64,000 nt of DNA, taken from an uncultured Candidatus Rokubacteria bacterium (lineage in GTDB: Bacteria > Methylomirabilota > Methylomirabilia > Rokubacteriales > CSP1-6). The position numbers and the translations under genes are program-made. The notes below the pieces were generated by a model that was not told where the DNA came from, did not search any database, and saw nothing but the letters and a program-made list of their open reading frames with translations. Below are positions 10,892-22,895 of this stretch, one piece after another. The stretch lies in assembly GCA_963771355.1 (NCBI GenBank), contig CAVYTA010000006.1, positions 1,088,001 to 1,152,000 of the forward strand, given 5' to 3'. Positions within the stretch are counted from its first letter, which is position 1; every line of letters begins with the position of its first letter.

Positions 10892-12300
10892 GGCTTGGCG
10901 ATTTCCTTCCAGCGCTCCGAGAACGTCTTCGCCGCCACCGCGGGAAGATCCCGCGTGGCCGTCCACTTGCCGAAGAAGAGTGGCAGCCGGCGGAGCCGGC
11001 CCTCGTGGAGAAAGGGCCGCTGGAGCAGCCGGCCCATCCGCGCGCCGAGCCGGAACAGCGCGGGCGACTGCATGCCGCGGCGGGCCGCGCGGAAGACCAT
11101 CCGCTCGCTCCAGGGCGCGATGCGGCCCCGGTCGAGCTGCTCACGCAGGTCCACCAGCATACGCGGGATGTCGATGCGCACCGGGCACACGTCCTTGCAG
11201 GCGCCGCAGAGCGTGGACGCATGCGCCAGCTCCTTCACCGAGCGGTCACCCTTGAGCATGGCGGTGAGGAGGATCCCGATGGGCCCGGGATAGGTATGCC
11301 CGTAGGCGTGGCCGCCGATCTGCCGGTACACCGGGCAGACATTGAGACAGGCGCCGCAGCGCAGGCAGTACAGCGCCTCCCGCAGGGGGCCCGCCACCTG
11401 GCGGACGCGTCCATTGTCCATCAGGATGAGATGCAGCTCCTCCGGTCCTTCGAGCTCGCCCGGACGGCGCGGTCCGCGGACCAGGGTGGTGTAGGAAGAG
11501 AGCTTCTGCCCCGTCGCGCTGCGGGCCAGGATGGCCAGGAACACCATGAGATCGGTCATGCTGGGGATGACCTTCTCCATCCCCATCACCGCCACGTGCA
11601 GCCGCGGCAGCGAGGTCACCATGCGACCGTTGCCCTCGTTGGTCACCAGCACCAGGGTGCCCGTCTCCGCCACCGCGAAGTTGGCGCCGGTGATGCCCAG
11701 GTCGGCCTGAAGAAACTTCTGCCGGAGCTCCTTCCGCGCTACCGCGGTGAGCACCTCCGGATCGGCGGCGAAGCGCCCGTTGAGCTCTCGGGAGAAGAGC
11801 TCCGCCACCTGCCGCTTGGTCTTGTGGATGGCGGGGGCGATGATGTGCGACGGCTTCTCGTGGGCGAGCTGGATGATGTACTCGCCCAGGTCGGTCTCGA
11901 TCGGCGTCACGCCCGCGTGCTCCAGGGCCTCGTTGAGGTCGATCTCCTCGGTGGCCATGGACTTGGACTTCACCGCCATCTTGACGCCGCGGTCGCGGCA
12001 CAGCCGCAGCACGATCTCGCGCGCCTCCTCGGCGGTGGCGGCCCAGTGCACGTGCCCCCCCAGACGCTCCACGTTGTCGGCCAGCAGGCCGAGGTAGTGG
12101 TCGAGACGCTGCAGCGTCGCCTCCTTGATGCCCCGCGCCCGGTCGCGGAGGGCGTCACCCTGGGGAAAGCCCTCGAAGGCCTCTCGGCGCAGGTCGATGA
12201 ACTTGGTGGTGGCGATGGTGAGCGCTTCCTGGAGAAAGGCGTCCTTGAGCGCCGCGCCGGCGCGCTGGGGAAACGGAACCCGGAGCAGGTCCTCGCTCAC
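10888..12300 (-). CDS. lutB: Lactate utilization Fe-S protein B
   Basis: KSKSMATEEI, ETDLGEYIIQL, PSHIIAPAIH, CLRCGACLNVCP, STLCGACKDVCP; GTG start overlaps lutA stop. Confidence 0.95.
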   Translation of the reverse strand: MSEDLLRVPFPQRAGAALKDAFLQEALTIATTKFIDLRREAFEGFPQGDALRDRARGIKEATLQRLDHYLGLLADNVERLGGHVHWAATAEEAREIVLRLCRDRGVKMAVKSKSMATEEIDLNEALEHAGVTPIETDLGEYIIQLAHEKPSHIIAPAIHKTKRQVAELFSRELNGRFAADPEVLTAVARKELRQKFLQADLGITGANFAVAETGTLVLVTNEGNGRMVTSLPRLHVAVMGMEKVIPSMTDLMVFLAILARSATGQKLSSYTTLVRGPRRPGELEGPEELHLILMDNGRVRQVAGPLREALYCLRCGACLNVCPVYRQIGGHAYGHTYPGPIGILLTAMLKGDRSVKELAHASTLCGACKDVCPVRIDIPRMLVDLREQLDRGRIAPWSERMVFRAARRGMQSPALFRLGARMGRLLQRPFLHEGRLRRLPLFFGKWTATRDLPAVAAKTFSERWKEIAKP

Positions 12301-13034
12301 GGCCGGCCCCCGGCGAGGAGCTGAGCGAGGTGCAGCGGCCGCACGCGGGACGCGCGGCGCGACAACCCCCCGCCCATCTGCATGAGACAGCCCGCGTCGC
12401 AGGCCACTAGGCAGCCGGCGCCGGTGGCTTCCACGTTGCCCAGCTTCTTGTCGAGGATGGCGGTGGAGACCTCGGGCAGCCGCACCGAGAAGGAGCCGCC
12501 GAAGCCGCAGCACTCGTCCGAGCCGGACAGCTCGACCAGGTCCACGCCCGGAATATTCCGCAGCAAGGTGCGCGGGCTCCGCGACTCGCCCAGACCCCGC
12601 AGGAGATGGCAAGAGTCGTGGTAGGTCACCTTCCCCGCGAAGTCCGACTCCACCCGCGTCACCCCCAGCACCTCCACGATGAACTGGGACAGCTCGCGCG
12701 TGCGCGCGGCCAGCGAGTCCGCGGCGGCCTTCAGCGTGGGATCGTGCTTGAGAAGTCCCGGGTACTCGGTCTTGACCATCCAGGCACAGGATCCCGAGGG
12801 CACCACCACGTGCTCGGCTTCCCCGAAGAGACGCACCGTCCGCTCGGCCACCCGTGCCGCCTCGTCGTGATAGCCGGAGTTGAACAGCGGCAGGCCGCAA
12901 CATGTCTGCCCCGCCGGAAAGTCCACCGTCACGCCGAGGCGGCGCAGCACCGTCACCATGGCCTCCCCGACCTCGGGAAAGAAGAGATCGCCGAGGCAGG
13001 TGATCATGATGGACGCCTTCACGCCGGATGCCAT
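12297..13034 (-). CDS. lutA: Lactate utilization protein A (CCG domain)
   Basis: QTCCG, YHDSCH and ECCGFGGSFS motifs. Confidence 0.93.
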   Translation of the reverse strand: MASGVKASIMITCLGDLFFPEVGEAMVTVLRRLGVTVDFPAGQTCCGLPLFNSGYHDEAARVAERTVRLFGEAEHVVVPSGSCAWMVKTEYPGLLKHDPTLKAAADSLAARTRELSQFIVEVLGVTRVESDFAGKVTYHDSCHLLRGLGESRSPRTLLRNIPGVDLVELSGSDECCGFGGSFSVRLPEVSTAILDKKLGNVEATGAGCLVACDAGCLMQMGGGLSRRASRVRPLHLAQLLAGGRP

Positions 13035-13051
13035 CAGGCTCTCGCGTGCGC

Positions 13052-13390
13052 TCAGTGGCCCGCGGCCTTGGCGTGGGGCGGGGGCGGCGTGACGACCACC
13101 AGTACGAGCAGCGGGGCCTCGCCCTCGTTCACGAGCCCGTGCTCAACGCCCGCGGGCGCCACCAGGGCCTCTCCCGCCTCGAGGCGCTCGCTCTCCGCGC
13201 CCAGGGTGAAGCGGCCAGCGCCTTCCAGCACGTAGTAGATCTTGTCCTGATCGCCGTGGACATGGGGCTTCTGGGCCTGCCCGGGCGCCACGCAGTAGAG
13301 ATCGAGCTGGGCGCGGGAGGTCGTGGCCAGCGCCACCTTGGCCATGCGCTCCCGGTCCTGCGTGACATGCTCCCGGATCCGGATCTTCAT
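13052..13390 (-). CDS. Cupin domain protein
   Basis: PHVH...YYVLEG...PAGVEHG cupin motifs. Confidence 0.85.
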   Translation of the reverse strand: MKIRIREHVTQDRERMAKVALATTSRAQLDLYCVAPGQAQKPHVHGDQDKIYYVLEGAGRFTLGAESERLEAGEALVAPAGVEHGLVNEGEAPLLVLVVVTPPPPHAKAAGH

Positions 13391-14664
13391 CCCTGCGCCC
13401 CTTTCCCGTCACGCAGGGCGCGGCCGAGCAGCTCCACCGGGTGGAGCACCTCGAGCTCGAAACCCTGCCGCCGGCTCTCCTGCGCGATCTGCAGGAGGCA
13501 GCCGGGGTTGCCGCTCACCACCGTCCGCGCGCCACTCTCCCGGATCCGCTCGACTTTTCGTCTGGCCAGCTCGCCGGCCATCTCCGGCTGCTGCACATTG
13601 TAGATCCCCGCGCTGCCGCAGCAGAGCTCGCTGTCCGCGAGCTCGAGCAGGCGCAGCCCGGGAATCCGCCGCAAGAGCGCGCGCGGCGGGAATTTCACTC
13701 CCTGCCCGTGCACGAGGTGGCAGGGGTCGTGATAGGTCACCGTCACCGGCAGCGGAACCAGATCCAGCTCCGCCTCCGCCAGCACCTCACTGACGTCGCG
13801 CACCTTGGCCGCGAACGTGTCCGCCTCGCCCCCGGGAAGCCAGTGGCCGTATTCCTTGAGCGCGGAGCCGCAGCCGGCGGCGTTGGTCACCACGAAGTCG
13901 ACGTCGGCGGGAAACGCCGCCACCAGGGGCCGCGCGAGCGCCCGGAAGTCGGACAGCCGTCCCGCGTGCAGGTGCAGGGCGCCACAGCACCCCTGCGCGC
14001 GCGGCACCACCACATCCCAGCCCGCGGCGGACAAGAGGCGCGCCGTCTGCGCGTTGACGTGGGGGAAGAACACGCTCTGCACGCAGCCGGTGAGGAGACC
14101 GACGCGCCCCCGCCGCGCCCCCCGCGCGGGCGTCACCTCGGGGAGCGGGGCCCCGGCACCGGCGGGAAGCGCCGGTAGCAGCGCCTCCAGCGCCCGGAGC
14201 CGCTGGAAGGGCGCGAGGAGATCGAGCCCGCGCACCGCGGCCTGGAGCCCCGTTCTCTGGTAGAGCCGGAGCGCCCGCAGCAGGATACGCAGCCGGTCGG
14301 GGCGCGGGAACAGCGCGAGCAAGAGCCGAAGCGTACCGCGATTGGCCCCGGGCGCGCGCACACCCGCGCGCTCGAGCTGGCCGCGCGTGGCCTCGAGCAG
14401 CTGGCCGAAGGGCACGCCGGAGGGGCACGCGGTCTCGCAGGCGCGGCAGCCCAGACAGAGATCCAGATGATGCGCGAGCTGGGGCGTGAGCGCGGTGCGC
14501 CCCTCGGCGGCGGCGCGCATCAGGTAGAGACGGCCGCGCGGCGAGTCCATCTCCTCGCCCAGGACACGGTACGTGGGGCACTGCGGAAGGCAGATCCCGC
14601 AGTGCACGCAGGCTCGCAGCCCGTCCATCGATGGCGGATCGGTGGCGTCGAACGCGCTCTTCAC
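13387..14664 (-). CDS. glcF: Glycolate oxidase Fe-S subunit
   Basis: CVHCGICLPQCPTY, DSPRGR, CLGCRACETACPSGV, two CCG domains; GTG start 14664. Confidence 0.92.
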   Translation of the reverse strand: MKSAFDATDPPSMDGLRACVHCGICLPQCPTYRVLGEEMDSPRGRLYLMRAAAEGRTALTPQLAHHLDLCLGCRACETACPSGVPFGQLLEATRGQLERAGVRAPGANRGTLRLLLALFPRPDRLRILLRALRLYQRTGLQAAVRGLDLLAPFQRLRALEALLPALPAGAGAPLPEVTPARGARRGRVGLLTGCVQSVFFPHVNAQTARLLSAAGWDVVVPRAQGCCGALHLHAGRLSDFRALARPLVAAFPADVDFVVTNAAGCGSALKEYGHWLPGGEADTFAAKVRDVSEVLAEAELDLVPLPVTVTYHDPCHLVHGQGVKFPPRALLRRIPGLRLLELADSELCCGSAGIYNVQQPEMAGELARRKVERIRESGARTVVSGNPGCLLQIAQESRRQGFELEVLHPVELLGRALRDGKGAQG

Positions 14665-16007
14665 AGGCCCCCCGCGAAGCGGCCGGGATTGAGGATCCCG
14701 GCGGGATCGAACTCGTGCTTGAGGCGGCGCATGACGTCGAGGACCTCCGGGCCCACGGGCCCCCAGACGTCCAGCGTCTCCTTGACCGCCCGCGGCGCGC
14801 GCTCCACGACGAGGCTGCCGCCTTCGGGTGCCAGCGCCGCGCGCAGCCCGGCCACCGCTCCCGCCAGCCAGGTGCCGGAGGGCAAGCCGTCTTTCCCTGG
14901 CGCGCGGAGCGCCGCGCGGAGCACGCCGCTGCCGGCCTCGCCGACGGCGATGAGCCCGACGCCGCCATCGCGCGCGACGTGCTCCAGCTGCCGGACCCAG
15001 TGACCGATGCGCGCCGGCTCGCCGGCGAGCTTCAGCGTCACCGGGCTGACGAGCGCGGCACCGAGCCGGCTCCAGAAGCCACCGGCGAGATCGAAGCCGC
15101 GACCGCCGGGCACCGCGGCCAGTCGCTCGAGGAGCGCCGTCTGGGCCCGCACCGCCTCGGCGGTGCTCGCCACCGACACCGCCACCGCGGCGCCGTCCGG
15201 CGGCACGTCGGCCGGACCGTCCGGCACCGCGTCGCGCACGGCGTGCAGCGCGCCCGCGCCGAGCAGCACCAGCCGCTCCGGCTGCAGCGTGGAGTCGATG
15301 ACGGCCGCGACAAAGGCCGCCGCGCCCGCGACCGTGTCGAAGGTCCAGAGGCGGGCGCCCCAGGCGGGCGGGATCGGATGGAGTCGGAGCGTGGCCTCGG
15401 CGAGCACGCCGAGCGTTCCCAGCGAGCCCACCATGAGCTTGGGCACGTCGTAGCCCGTCACCGACTTGACCACGCGCGCGCCGCCCCAGGTCACCACGCC
15501 GTCGGCCTGGACGAAGCGGACGCCGAGAAGCAGGTCGCGCCCCGTGCCGTAGCGAAAGCGGAGCGGGCCCGCCGCCGCGGTGGCGAGGACGCCGCCCACG
15601 GAGCGCCCGCCCCCCGGGGCAGGATCGAGGGGCAGGCGCTGGCCGTGCTGGCCGAGGCGCGCCGCCACCGCGTCGAGCGTGATCCCGCACTGCACGCTGG
15701 CCACCATGTCGTCGGGGACGTACTCGAGCACGGCGGTGAGCCGACCCAGGTCCAGCACGAGGTCGAGCCGCCGGGGGGGATTGCCGAGCGCGAGGTTCGA
15801 GCCGCTTCCCCGGGGGGTCACCGCGAGCCCCTCGGCGGAGGCCAGCACCATGACCTGGGCAACCTGCTCGACGGTGCCCGGGCGCACCAGCCAGCGCGGG
15901 ACCATCCCATCCACCGCGACCGCGGCCAGCGCGGTGGGATCGGCCTGCACCTGGCCGCGCCCGGCGATCTCCTCGAGGGCATGCGCCACCGCCGCAGAGG
16001 CCGACAT
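14661..16007 (-). CDS. glcE: Glycolate oxidase FAD-binding subunit E
   Basis: GGARVVKSVTGYDVPKLMVGSLGTLG; C-terminal FDPAGILNPGR. Confidence 0.9.
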   Translation of the reverse strand: MSASAAVAHALEEIAGRGQVQADPTALAAVAVDGMVPRWLVRPGTVEQVAQVMVLASAEGLAVTPRGSGSNLALGNPPRRLDLVLDLGRLTAVLEYVPDDMVASVQCGITLDAVAARLGQHGQRLPLDPAPGGGRSVGGVLATAAAGPLRFRYGTGRDLLLGVRFVQADGVVTWGGARVVKSVTGYDVPKLMVGSLGTLGVLAEATLRLHPIPPAWGARLWTFDTVAGAAAFVAAVIDSTLQPERLVLLGAGALHAVRDAVPDGPADVPPDGAAVAVSVASTAEAVRAQTALLERLAAVPGGRGFDLAGGFWSRLGAALVSPVTLKLAGEPARIGHWVRQLEHVARDGGVGLIAVGEAGSGVLRAALRAPGKDGLPSGTWLAGAVAGLRAALAPEGGSLVVERAPRAVKETLDVWGPVGPEVLDVMRRLKHEFDPAGILNPGRFAGGL

Positions 16008-16018
16008 CGCGGTCGCGC

Positions 16019-17479
16019 TCAGATCCAGGCTCCCTGCGGCAACGCCGGGCGCGCGGGACGGAAGCCTTCGCCACAGGCGGGGTGGGACGGCAAGAGCTTT
16101 CCGGGATTCATGATGCCGTCGGGATCGAAGACACGGCGCAGCCGGGCCATGAAGTTGAGGTCGGCCTCGCCGAACTGATGGGGCAGGTTCTTGGCCTTGT
16201 CCAGGCCCACCCCGTGCTCGCCGGTCACCGTCCCCCCCAGCGCGAGACAGGCGTGCAGCAGCTCCTCGTTCACCTGCTTGGCGCGCTCCAGCTCGCCGGG
16301 CTTCTGCTCGTCGTAGCAGATGATCGGATGCAGATTGCCGTCGCCCGCGTGGAAGACATTGGCCAGGACCAGCCCGTGCCGCCGGCCGATGGCAATCATC
16401 TCGCGCATGATCTGCGGCAGGCGCGACCGCGGCACCACCGCGTCCTGCAGCAGCCAGTTAGGCGTGAGACGGCCCACCGCGCCCGCCGCCTCCTTGCGGC
16501 CCTTCCAGAGCAGCGCCCGCTCCGCCTCGTCGGCGGCCACCCGCACCTCGAGCGCCGCGTGCGACCAGCAGATCTCCTCGATACGGGCCGACTGCGCCTC
16601 GATCTCGGCCAGGGGCCCGTCCAGCTCGATGAGGAGGACGGCCCCCGCGTCCTTGGGATACCCCGCGCCCACGCCCTCCTCGATCGCGCGCACCATCACC
16701 TCGTCGATCATCTCGAGCGCGGCGGGAATAATTCCGGCGGCGATGATCGCCGATACGGCCTCCGAGGCGTCCTCCATCGCGGCGAAGGAGGCGAGCAGCG
16801 TCTTCACCCCCTCCGGCAAGTGGGTGAGGCGCACGGCGACCGCGGTGAGGAGGCCGAGCGTGCCTTCCGAGCCCACCATCACCCCGGTGAGATCGTAGCC
16901 GGGCCGCTCGTGCACCTTGCCGCCCAGCCAGATCAGCTCCCCCGCCCCCGTCACCACCTGGAGGCCGAGGACGTGGTTCACGGTGATCCCGTACTTCAGG
17001 CAGTGGGGACCCCCGGCATTGGTGGAAGCGTTGCCGCCGATGGTGGAGACCATCTGGCTGGAGGGGTCGGGCGCGAAGAACCAGCCGCGCTCGCGGGTGG
17101 CGTTGGACAGCCACAGGTTGATGAGGCCCGGCTCGACCACCGCGCAGCGGTTTGGCAGATCCACCTCGAGGAGCCGGTTCATCCGCGTCATGGACACCAT
17201 GACCCCGCCCACCGGCGCCATGGCGCCCCCGATGAGGCCGGTTCCCGATCCGCGCGGCACCACCGCCACCGCGTGCGCCCGGCAGAGCCGGACGATGGCC
17301 GCCACCTGGGCCGCCGACTCGGGCAGCACCACCACGTCGGGTGCCCCCTTGTAGAACGTGTGCATGTCGCACTCGTAGGTCAGGCGCCCCTCGGGACTCG
17401 CCACCACGCCACGCCGGCCCACGATTCCCTCGAGCTCGCGAAGGAAGGAGGCGTCGGGCGTTCTCGGCTCTGCGGTCAT
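16019..17479 (-). CDS. glcD: Glycolate oxidase subunit D (FAD-linked oxidase)
   Basis: PRGSGTGL, APDPSSQ, NAGGPHCLKYG, FHAGDGNLHP, GEHGVG. Confidence 0.93.
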   Translation of the reverse strand: MTAEPRTPDASFLRELEGIVGRRGVVASPEGRLTYECDMHTFYKGAPDVVVLPESAAQVAAIVRLCRAHAVAVVPRGSGTGLIGGAMAPVGGVMVSMTRMNRLLEVDLPNRCAVVEPGLINLWLSNATRERGWFFAPDPSSQMVSTIGGNASTNAGGPHCLKYGITVNHVLGLQVVTGAGELIWLGGKVHERPGYDLTGVMVGSEGTLGLLTAVAVRLTHLPEGVKTLLASFAAMEDASEAVSAIIAAGIIPAALEMIDEVMVRAIEEGVGAGYPKDAGAVLLIELDGPLAEIEAQSARIEEICWSHAALEVRVAADEAERALLWKGRKEAAGAVGRLTPNWLLQDAVVPRSRLPQIMREMIAIGRRHGLVLANVFHAGDGNLHPIICYDEQKPGELERAKQVNEELLHACLALGGTVTGEHGVGLDKAKNLPHQFGEADLNFMARLRRVFDPDGIMNPGKLLPSHPACGEGFRPARPALPQGAWI

Positions 17480-17491
17480 GTCGTCCCGTCG

Positions 17492-17530
17492 AAAAACGAC
17501 CGCCGGCCTCTGGGGAGGAGGCCGGCAGTC
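17492..17530 (-). terminator. Putative intrinsic terminator after korB
   Basis: Minus strand GCCGGCCTC-N7-GAGGCCGGC stem followed by GGTCGTTTTT; a second GC hairpin lies at about 17553-17578. Confidence 0.55.
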
Positions 17531-17590
17531 GCGGTCAGCACGGTCACGGCGTCCGCGCCGCCGTCGGGCGGCGCGCGGAGCGGCGGCGCG

Positions 17591-20499
<2,909 letters not shown>

Positions 20500-20666
20500 G
20501 TCCTCGGTCCTTTCCTCATGCCAGCCATCACACACCCGTCCCTATCATCGGACGGACGCGAGCGTTTTCTGTTCCCCACTCTGGATTTCCCTGACTCCAG
20601 GACGGAGCGGACCCCCGGCGTGTGCCTCCCCGGGGAACCCTTCGGACGGTGTCAGAGCCCTTGTCC

Positions 20667-20695
20667 ATGCTAACCAAAGGGCAGTAGTTTGGCAA
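20667..20695 (-). promoter_or_regulatory. Putative sigma70 promoter of korAB
   Basis: Minus strand TTGCCA-N17-TAGCAT. Confidence 0.6.
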
Positions 20696-20749
20696 GGTTA
20701 TCCGCGGTCTGACCGTCGGGCCGGAGCTCCCTCGCCTCCGCATCGCGGC

Positions 20750-21787
20750 TCAGGCGCCTCGACGGGCCTCGTAGCGAATCACGGGATTGTTCTCCCGAGT
20801 CACGTCCTCCAGGTTCGCGATGCGCAGCTCACCGCGCTGGAAGAGATATTCCACGTGGGCGCCCGCCTCTTCGAGGGCCAGGAGACGCGTGTAGCCCACC
20901 CGGGGACCGAACAGCCGCTTGGACACCTCCACCAGCGCCAGCGGCTCATGGCAGATGTCGAGCACCTGGCTGAGCCGCCGCTGGTGATGGCCCACGATGC
21001 CCGCGATCCGGCCGTCGAGGTCCTCGATGGGCGCTTCGTGGCCGGGGAGCGAGACGCGGATGCCCTCGAGCCCGCGCACCTTGTCGAGCGACTGGAGATA
21101 GAGCTCGAGCCCGCAGAAGGGCGTGATCGCGGCCGGCGACTGATGCGGCGTGATCCGCGACAGCACGTGGTCCGCGGTGAAGAGGAGGTCATGGACCTCG
21201 AGGCAGATCTGCCCTGGACAGTGCCCGGGGGTGTGGTGCACGCGATACCCGTTGATGATTCGGTCGCGGTCCCGTACCAGGTGGTCGATCTCCACCGACT
21301 TGAAGAAGTTCTTGGACCAGCGGTACGCTTCCTCGATCTCGGTCCGGAGCTCCGGCTTGACGCCCGCCCGCTCCATGAAGACGCGCAGGTCCTTGGAGGC
21401 GAGCACGATGCGCTCCTCGAAGTTCACCAGCACGCGGGCGTCGAGCTCGTGCACGTACACCGCCGCGTCCGACTCGCCGGTGAAGCGCCCCACCCACCCG
21501 AAGTGGTCGATGTGGGCGTGACTGATCACCACGTGCTGGACGGAGGCGAGCGTGACGACCTCCCCGAAGCGCTCGCGCACCTCGGCCATCCGGCGCTCGA
21601 GCCCCTCGTTGGAGTCGGGGAGGCCGGAGCCCACATCGAAGAGGGTCACCACGTCGCCGTCGAGGATCAGGTAGATGTTGTTCACGTGCCCGGGGAAGGT
21701 CTCCACCGGCATCTGATACACGCGGGCGCCGCCGCGCGTCTCGAACTGCGTCACCGTCATGCCAATCCCGTCAGGGGTCACCGCCAT
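20750..21787 (-). CDS. MBL-fold metallo-hydrolase with C-terminal wHTH-like region
   Basis: SHAHIDHFG, TPGHCPG, ADH, PGH; start could be 21760. Confidence 0.88.
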   Translation of the reverse strand: MAVTPDGIGMTVTQFETRGGARVYQMPVETFPGHVNNIYLILDGDVVTLFDVGSGLPDSNEGLERRMAEVRERFGEVVTLASVQHVVISHAHIDHFGWVGRFTGESDAAVYVHELDARVLVNFEERIVLASKDLRVFMERAGVKPELRTEIEEAYRWSKNFFKSVEIDHLVRDRDRIINGYRVHHTPGHCPGQICLEVHDLLFTADHVLSRITPHQSPAAITPFCGLELYLQSLDKVRGLEGIRVSLPGHEAPIEDLDGRIAGIVGHHQRRLSQVLDICHEPLALVEVSKRLFGPRVGYTRLLALEEAGAHVEYLFQRGELRIANLEDVTRENNPVIRYEARRGA

Positions 21788-21805
21788 GCCATCACCGTCA
21801 TGCGG

Positions 21806-22765
21806 CTACCGTACCACGCGGCCGGCGGCGGGCCGGGCGCCGGCAGCCGCGGCACCGGGCACCGGCGCAGCCGCCGCGGGGCGGGCGTCGTCGTCCCGGA
21901 GCTGGGCGATGAAGCGCGAGACGGCGGCGGTGAGGTGGCGGCCTCGCCGGTGGATGATGGCCACCGGACGCACGAGGCCCGGCAGCGCCAGCTCCACCGC
22001 GGCGAGGGTCTTGATCTCGCTCTCCTTCTGGACCGTGGGCGCGGGCAGGATGCTGATGCCGGCCGCGATGCCGATGGCCTGCTTGATGGTCTCGACATTG
22101 TCGAACTCCATCGCCACGTCCACCTTCACTCCGTGCTGCTTGAGCGCTCGGTCGATGGCGCGCCGGATCGGCAGGTCGTGGTCAAAGGCCACGAACCGCG
22201 CGCCGTCGAGGTCGGCCGGACTCACGCGGCGCCGCCGCGCCAGCGGATGGCTCGGGTGCGTCACCACCAGCATGGGCTCCTCCCGCAGCGGCAGCACCGC
22301 GAGCGCGCGGCTGGCGACGGGATAGGACAGGATGCCGAGATCGGCCTCGTCGTTGAGCACCGCGTCCACCACCTTGTGGGGGTGCAGGCACTCGAGCCGC
22401 ACGCGGGCGTTCGGGTAGGCCGCCATGAACGGCTGCATGTGACGGCTCATGTCGTGGAGGCCGACCGAGTAGATGGCGGCCACGCGGACGGTGCCCTCCA
22501 CCCGCTGCCGCGAGGCGGCGAGGTCGGCCCGCGCCTTCTCGAACCCGGCCAGCAGGCCTCGGCAGGCGTCGTAGAATCCGCGGCCCTCGGCGGTGGGCTC
22601 CAGCGGCCGGCGCGAGCGATCGAGGAGGATCGCGTCCAGCTCCGCCTCGAGCTGCTGGACCGCCTGGCTCGCGGCCGACTGGGACACTCCCCCGGCGGCC
22701 GCCGCCCGCGAGAAGCTCCGAAGGCGCACGACGTCGCAGTAGAGGCGCAGGGTGTCGAGATTCAC
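21806..22765 (-). CDS. LysR-family regulator divergent from gltBD (GltC-like position)
   Basis: SFSRAAA...SQSAASQAVQQLEAEL HTH plus LysR substrate-binding domain. Confidence 0.93.
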   Translation of the reverse strand: MNLDTLRLYCDVVRLRSFSRAAAAGGVSQSAASQAVQQLEAELDAILLDRSRRPLEPTAEGRGFYDACRGLLAGFEKARADLAASRQRVEGTVRVAAIYSVGLHDMSRHMQPFMAAYPNARVRLECLHPHKVVDAVLNDEADLGILSYPVASRALAVLPLREEPMLVVTHPSHPLARRRRVSPADLDGARFVAFDHDLPIRRAIDRALKQHGVKVDVAMEFDNVETIKQAIGIAAGISILPAPTVQKESEIKTLAAVELALPGLVRPVAIIHRRGRHLTAAVSRFIAQLRDDDARPAAAAPVPGAAAAGARPAAGRVVR

Positions 22766-22781
22766 GCTCCAACCCTAGCCC

Positions 22782-22796
22782 ATTAGCTTTGCTAAT
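22782..22796. promoter_or_regulatory. LysR-type operator (T-N11-A palindrome)
   Basis: ATTAGC-TTT-GCTAAT in an AT-rich intergenic region; another GCTAAT half-site at 22823-22828. Confidence 0.7.
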
Positions 22797-22895
22797 ACAA
22801 TGAATTTTGAATTGTGGGCTTGGCTAATGCTCCGGAGTGGAGTAGATTCGTCCCTCAATCGTGGGACGCGCGCTGATGCCAAGGAGACGGAGTCA

